From NCBI GenBank assembly GCA_965644495.1, contig CBFFSA010000001.1, positions 3,410,001 through 3,474,000 of the forward strand: a DNA stretch of 64,000 nucleotides, in the 5' to 3' direction. The translations under genes and the position numbers were made by a program. The DNA comes from Perkinsela sp. CCAP 1560/9 (lineage: Eukaryota; Protista; Euglenozoa: Kinetoplastea). Shown piece by piece: positions 60,347-64,000 of the stretch; the first letter of the stretch is position 1; each line of letters begins with the position of its first letter. Below the pieces are notes generated by a model, which was not told the origin of the DNA, did no database searches, and saw only the letters and a list, made by a program, of their open reading frames with translations.

Positions 60347-61333
60347 TACATAAGAAAAACATGTTCCCTAGGACTCCTTACAGCTTCCCACGCGAGGAAG
60401 TCGTCGTCGCTGCGGCAAAAAGTCAAAAGGCTCCGCCATCTTCTTTTTGCATTGTGCCTCCTCCTTCCTCTAAGGTCTTGCGTATCCCAAACCTGAAGTT
60501 GAAGAAAGCATATGTGGCGAATTGGGGTTTGCAAATCGCTTCCAAAGAAGGGGGTCCCGAGTGGTCGAAAAGGCGCGTTTTTTTTACCTAAAACTATCAA
60601 TTTATGCTGCTGCCTTTGGTTCTTTACGAAAAAAAACTTTTTCAGGAAAATTTTTCGCCGGGCCAAATTTATTAATATAGGATAGCGAGGGAGTAGTATC
60701 TCCCTCAATACGTTTTAGGAGTCGATTTATCAATCACGCATCAATCGCGGTCTCAAAGGAAGAAAGCGCCAGAGAAGCTTTAACAAAGAGCGAAAGGCAA
60801 TTTTAAGGAAGGTGCACCTTAAATTGCTCCAAGAAATTAATGGTAAGCATGCAGTGACGAAGGTATTTATCTTTTCCGTTATGGAAACATACTGAATACG
60901 GTTAGTCATTTCGAAACTTGTTTACGAATTAATATTTCATAATTTTTTATTTTAGGGCATCTTTATTTCACAATTTTTTACGACCACTCCATTTACAGCG
61001 CTTATGCACTCAAAACCACATGATAGAAAGATTTGCGCCGCGAAGCGGCGCGCTTTTTTTTTTGAGGGTGGAAAAATTTTCACCCTCGATCTGAAACATA
61101 CTACCCCCCCCACTTATACTGCCGTTTGGTCGAAAACCGCGGCACTATAAGTGGGGGGGGCACAGTAATGATTCTTGAGAACATTTTAATTATTTGTGTA
61201 TCCCCACTCATAGTGCCGCTTGGCCAAAACCCGCGGCCCTATGAGTGGAGGAGGACGCAATAACTATCGATTTCCTTTTTTTCATCATTTTTCTACTATC
61301 AACTATTTTTCTACTATATCCCGCATACTAGAT

Positions 61334-62017
61334 ATGGTACTTTCTGTACGGACCGTATTGGTCCACTCCGCGGACAGCCCATCGGCGAGTACGTCAGTGA
61401 TGAAGCCGGCTAAAGCACGGGGCATTGCACTTCCTCAAGAGTATCAATTGGTTCGTATGTTCGAAAATGTCAAAGATCTCCCTTCTACATGGAATATAGA
61501 CACCCCGGCCTGTGAGTGGGAAGGCATTTTATGTATAGAAAAACGTGCTAGTTTTTTTCATTTGACAGGAAATGTGCGGTTTCTTGATGGGCACCCCCAG
61601 TGGGAGTATCTTCCAAGCAGTGTGACATGCCTCCATCTCCCTGAAAACCGACTGTGCGGCGAGATCAATACAAGTTCATTACCAAATGCTTTGACAGAAC
61701 TTAACGTGCGAAACAATGTGAAACTATCCGGCGAAGTCAACCTTGGAACTTTGCCCTCCGCACTGACCCTCTTCCTGATTTCATGCAATTCCTTTTCTGG
61801 AGAACTAGACTTTGGAAATTTGCCGGCGACCATCAAGCAGCTTTGGATGCAAAATAACAAGTTCAGCCATGCGATCGGGCTCCGCTCCCTCCCGGTTTCG
61901 CTTAGAGTGCTGTACTTGCATGATAATCCCGAGTTAGTGGGAGAAATAAATGTTACTCTTTTACCTGAGTTTTTAGCTTTAAAAACATGGACAAATACTC
62001 AAATTCGAGTTCTGTGA
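61334..62017 (+). CDS. Leucine-rich repeat family protein
   Basis: Leader MKPAKARGIALPQEYQLVRM, cap PSTWNIDTPACEWEGILC, LDGHPQWEYLP, about 5 LRRs. Confidence 0.88.
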   Translation: MVLSVRTVLVHSADSPSASTSVMKPAKARGIALPQEYQLVRMFENVKDLPSTWNIDTPACEWEGILCIEKRASFFHLTGNVRFLDGHPQWEYLPSSVTCLHLPENRLCGEINTSSLPNALTELNVRNNVKLSGEVNLGTLPSALTLFLISCNSFSGELDFGNLPATIKQLWMQNNKFSHAIGLRSLPVSLRVLYLHDNPELVGEINVTLLPEFLALKTWTNTQIRVL

Positions 62018-62169
62018 AATAAGGGCTTTTACTCTCGTGTACGTGTTTCCTCTCACCATCATTAGATTCCTCTTAGTTTTAAGGAATGGAGACACTCTTG
62101 GGGCAATACTGTTTATTCGATGACATATTTTTCTAACCCACTGTCACAAAACTATTATTTATTGTAACA

Positions 62170-63159
62170 ATGAGCACAGCGCTAATTCCTTCAAAAAATT
62201 CTCTGGTGAGCCGTCAAGTCTCGGATACTGATCACAGAACTGCTTTCTGGAATGCTCATGGACAAGAAATCTCAGCAGTACGTTTCTCTCCCTCTGGGGG
62301 TTTGCTTGCTACCTCAGCATTGGAGAGTGACGTTCAGTTGTGGAGAGGGGCAGAGAAATATGAATCCGTGGCGCTGCTAAAAAGGCATCGGTTTCCCGTT
62401 CGTGATGTTGCCTGGTGTAGCGACTTGTTTCTATTTTCCGCGTCCTCCGATGGTTTTGTCAATCTCTGGGACATTGAAACGGAGCAATGCATTTGTGGAT
62501 CCCAAACCGACTCACGAGCCATTATTAACTCCATCCACGTACTCCCATCAACTACGCTGGTACTGATGGCAAGTGATGATCGAACCGTGCAATGTTCTGA
62601 CATTCGAATAAAAAATGGCACCGTACGGGTTTTTGAGAACAATATACCATGCACTACGGTGGTCAGCAGTTCGTGTGGGTCAAATCTTTATGTTGGTGAC
62701 ATTGCGGGGAGGATTCATCGTTATGATTTTGCCTCCACAGATCGACTTGACACCACCCAGGCCCACAGTAGCGTCATCACATCACTGTCTTGTCAAAAAG
62801 AGCAACTGCTGAGCACTGCCTTGGAGGGGCAGAGTAAGGTGTGGGATATTCGCCCCTACGTGGAGGTGGGAAAAGAATTGCTATGGGAGACTCAGGGGCA
62901 AGAGTATCCTGGGGAACAGATTCTTTACCGCAGCGCGTGGCTGGTAACTAAAAAGGATACGATACTAGTTCCCTCCGCGAAGTCACCATATGAGATCATA
63001 TTGTGGAGTATGGAAGGACACAGTGAGGCTCCGCACAGAGAAGTCATGTCAACGGCGCATACAAGCTTGATTACCGTGGTTGAAGCGCACCCAACCGAAA
63101 CTGTTGTTGCATCGGCTACCCTTGGGGGAACTGTGGAGTGTAGGCAACTCCCTGCTTAA
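62170..63159 (+). CDS. WD40-repeat protein (U5-40K/SNRNP40-like)
   Basis: About 7 WD repeats: HGQEISAVRFSPSG..LAT, H..PVRDVAW, SASSDG.VNLWD, ASDD.TV, VWDIRPY, H...HP...VASA. Confidence 0.75.
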   Translation: MSTALIPSKNSLVSRQVSDTDHRTAFWNAHGQEISAVRFSPSGGLLATSALESDVQLWRGAEKYESVALLKRHRFPVRDVAWCSDLFLFSASSDGFVNLWDIETEQCICGSQTDSRAIINSIHVLPSTTLVLMASDDRTVQCSDIRIKNGTVRVFENNIPCTTVVSSSCGSNLYVGDIAGRIHRYDFASTDRLDTTQAHSSVITSLSCQKEQLLSTALEGQSKVWDIRPYVEVGKELLWETQGQEYPGEQILYRSAWLVTKKDTILVPSAKSPYEIILWSMEGHSEAPHREVMSTAHTSLITVVEAHPTETVVASATLGGTVECRQLPA

Positions 63160-63566
63160 TGTTGGCAGTACCGTACGATTCATGCAAAGGCTCAATGAAC
63201 AGATCACCGGACGCCTGATAAAAAGCTTGAGTACTTCTACAACATCTACACATGCATGTATTATTCGCAGATTTCACTTCGAGCTACACAAGCTGCGCAT
63301 TCTATTTTTTATTGAGAATAGAGTGCTGCAGTAGTAGAGTGACCGAATCCTGAAATTTAACTGTATCTTGACCGATACCACCGTCATTGTCTACATTTCA
63401 ACAAAAGGAGGGAGATGCTACACAGGGGTGTTAATAACTGAGGCCCACTAATTAAAGGCCGTTGTCCCGGCGGTTTAAAGGTAATGATTAAAGCAACAAC
63501 TTTTTAGTTCGTTTAGTAGACTCTTTTTATGCCCTACTTACTTTCGTATTATCCAAAGCTACTAGC

Positions 63567-64000
63567 ATGATACTAAACGCAGCTGATATTCGAACTTCAC
63601 GTGCTGGTAAAGTTAGAGGGCATTATTGTCCACCCGAAGTAAGGCTTTCTCAATTCATACGTTTGGTCGAAAATCCGCATCCATCTTGGAAAGCAGAAAA
63701 TCCAATCAGTGAATGGGTCGAGGTGAAATCCACAGATTCAGGATTGGTCATATATTGGGGCGGCTTTGGTCTAAAAGGACAAGTGGAATGGAAACATCTG
63801 CCCGAGTCCGTGAACTCGCTTTACATTGGAAAAGGTATCCGGAAGGGCAAGTTAAGGCCTAATTTACTTAACGGATCAATTGAATTCTCGACACTACCGC
63901 GTGGGGTGGAAGAATTTTCTGTAGAGGGTCACATCAGAGGCGAGTTTTCGGGGACATTAGATTTTACACAGCTTCCCATTGCACTCCGAGGGCTTAACAT
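63567..64000 (+). CDS. Leucine-rich repeat family protein (3' end outside the window)
   Basis: Hand translation: MILNAADIRTSRAGKVRGHYCPPEVRLSQFIRLVENPHPSWKAENPISEW...IYWGGFGLKGQVEWKHLPES; same leader and cap as the paralogues. Confidence 0.82.
   Translation, partial: MILNAADIRTSRAGKVRGHYCPPEVRLSQFIRLVENPHPSWKAENPISEWVEVKSTDSGLVIYWGGFGLKGQVEWKHLPESVNSLYIGKGIRKGKLRPNLLNGSIEFSTLPRGVEEFSVEGHIRGEFSGTLDFTQLPIALRGLN

Larger units (their letters stand above)
59877..61165. mobile_element. TA-flanked non-autonomous DNA transposon carrying internal palindromes
   Basis: TA|CTGTGCCCCCCCTCCACTTATAGTGCCGCGG...CCGCGGCACTATAAGTGGGGGGGGCACAG|TA; repeated CCCACTTATAGTGCCG motifs. Confidence 0.88.

Noticed and set aside
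1-64000. tRNA, rRNA or SL-RNA genes
   Set aside because: No cloverleaf, rRNA or spliced-leader sequence recognised by eye; a tRNAscan/Infernal run would be needed to exclude them

Overview
Eukaryotic nuclear DNA, most likely from a kinetoplastid with a compact genome. A Perkinsela-like prokinetoplastid is my best guess, but that is inference. About 40 intronless genes all lie on the + strand with short intergenic spacers, as in a polycistronic directional gene cluster. Recognisable genes include V-ATPase subunit H, presenilin, a cytochrome b5 reductase-like protein, a mitochondrial carrier, a PAF-AH-like hydrolase, a zf-HIT protein, a U1A/U2B''-like RRM protein, uL2m, RBX1, PIG-O/GPI13, PTPA, REV3, eS24, a kinetoplastid mitoribosomal SSU protein, DPH5 and an SNRNP40-like WD40 protein. 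Seven dispersed paralogues of one short LRR family share an N-terminal leader. Longer intergenic gaps hold two Tc1/mariner transposase relics, a family of TA-flanked MITEs, multi-layer nested elements and long palindromes. The most striking unexplained signal is a set of six strong and one weak GC-rich 'polarity islands' of about 0.7-1.4 kb inside coding sequence. In each, the + strand goes from extremely C-rich to extremely G-rich about a central switch point. The pattern is two-fold symmetric, is visible at synonymous sites, and affects one LRR paralogue but not its siblings. This points to a locus-specific DNA-level process such as replication origins, recombination hotspots or G4/fold-back structures. 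All assignments were made by eye from motifs; no database searches were run.
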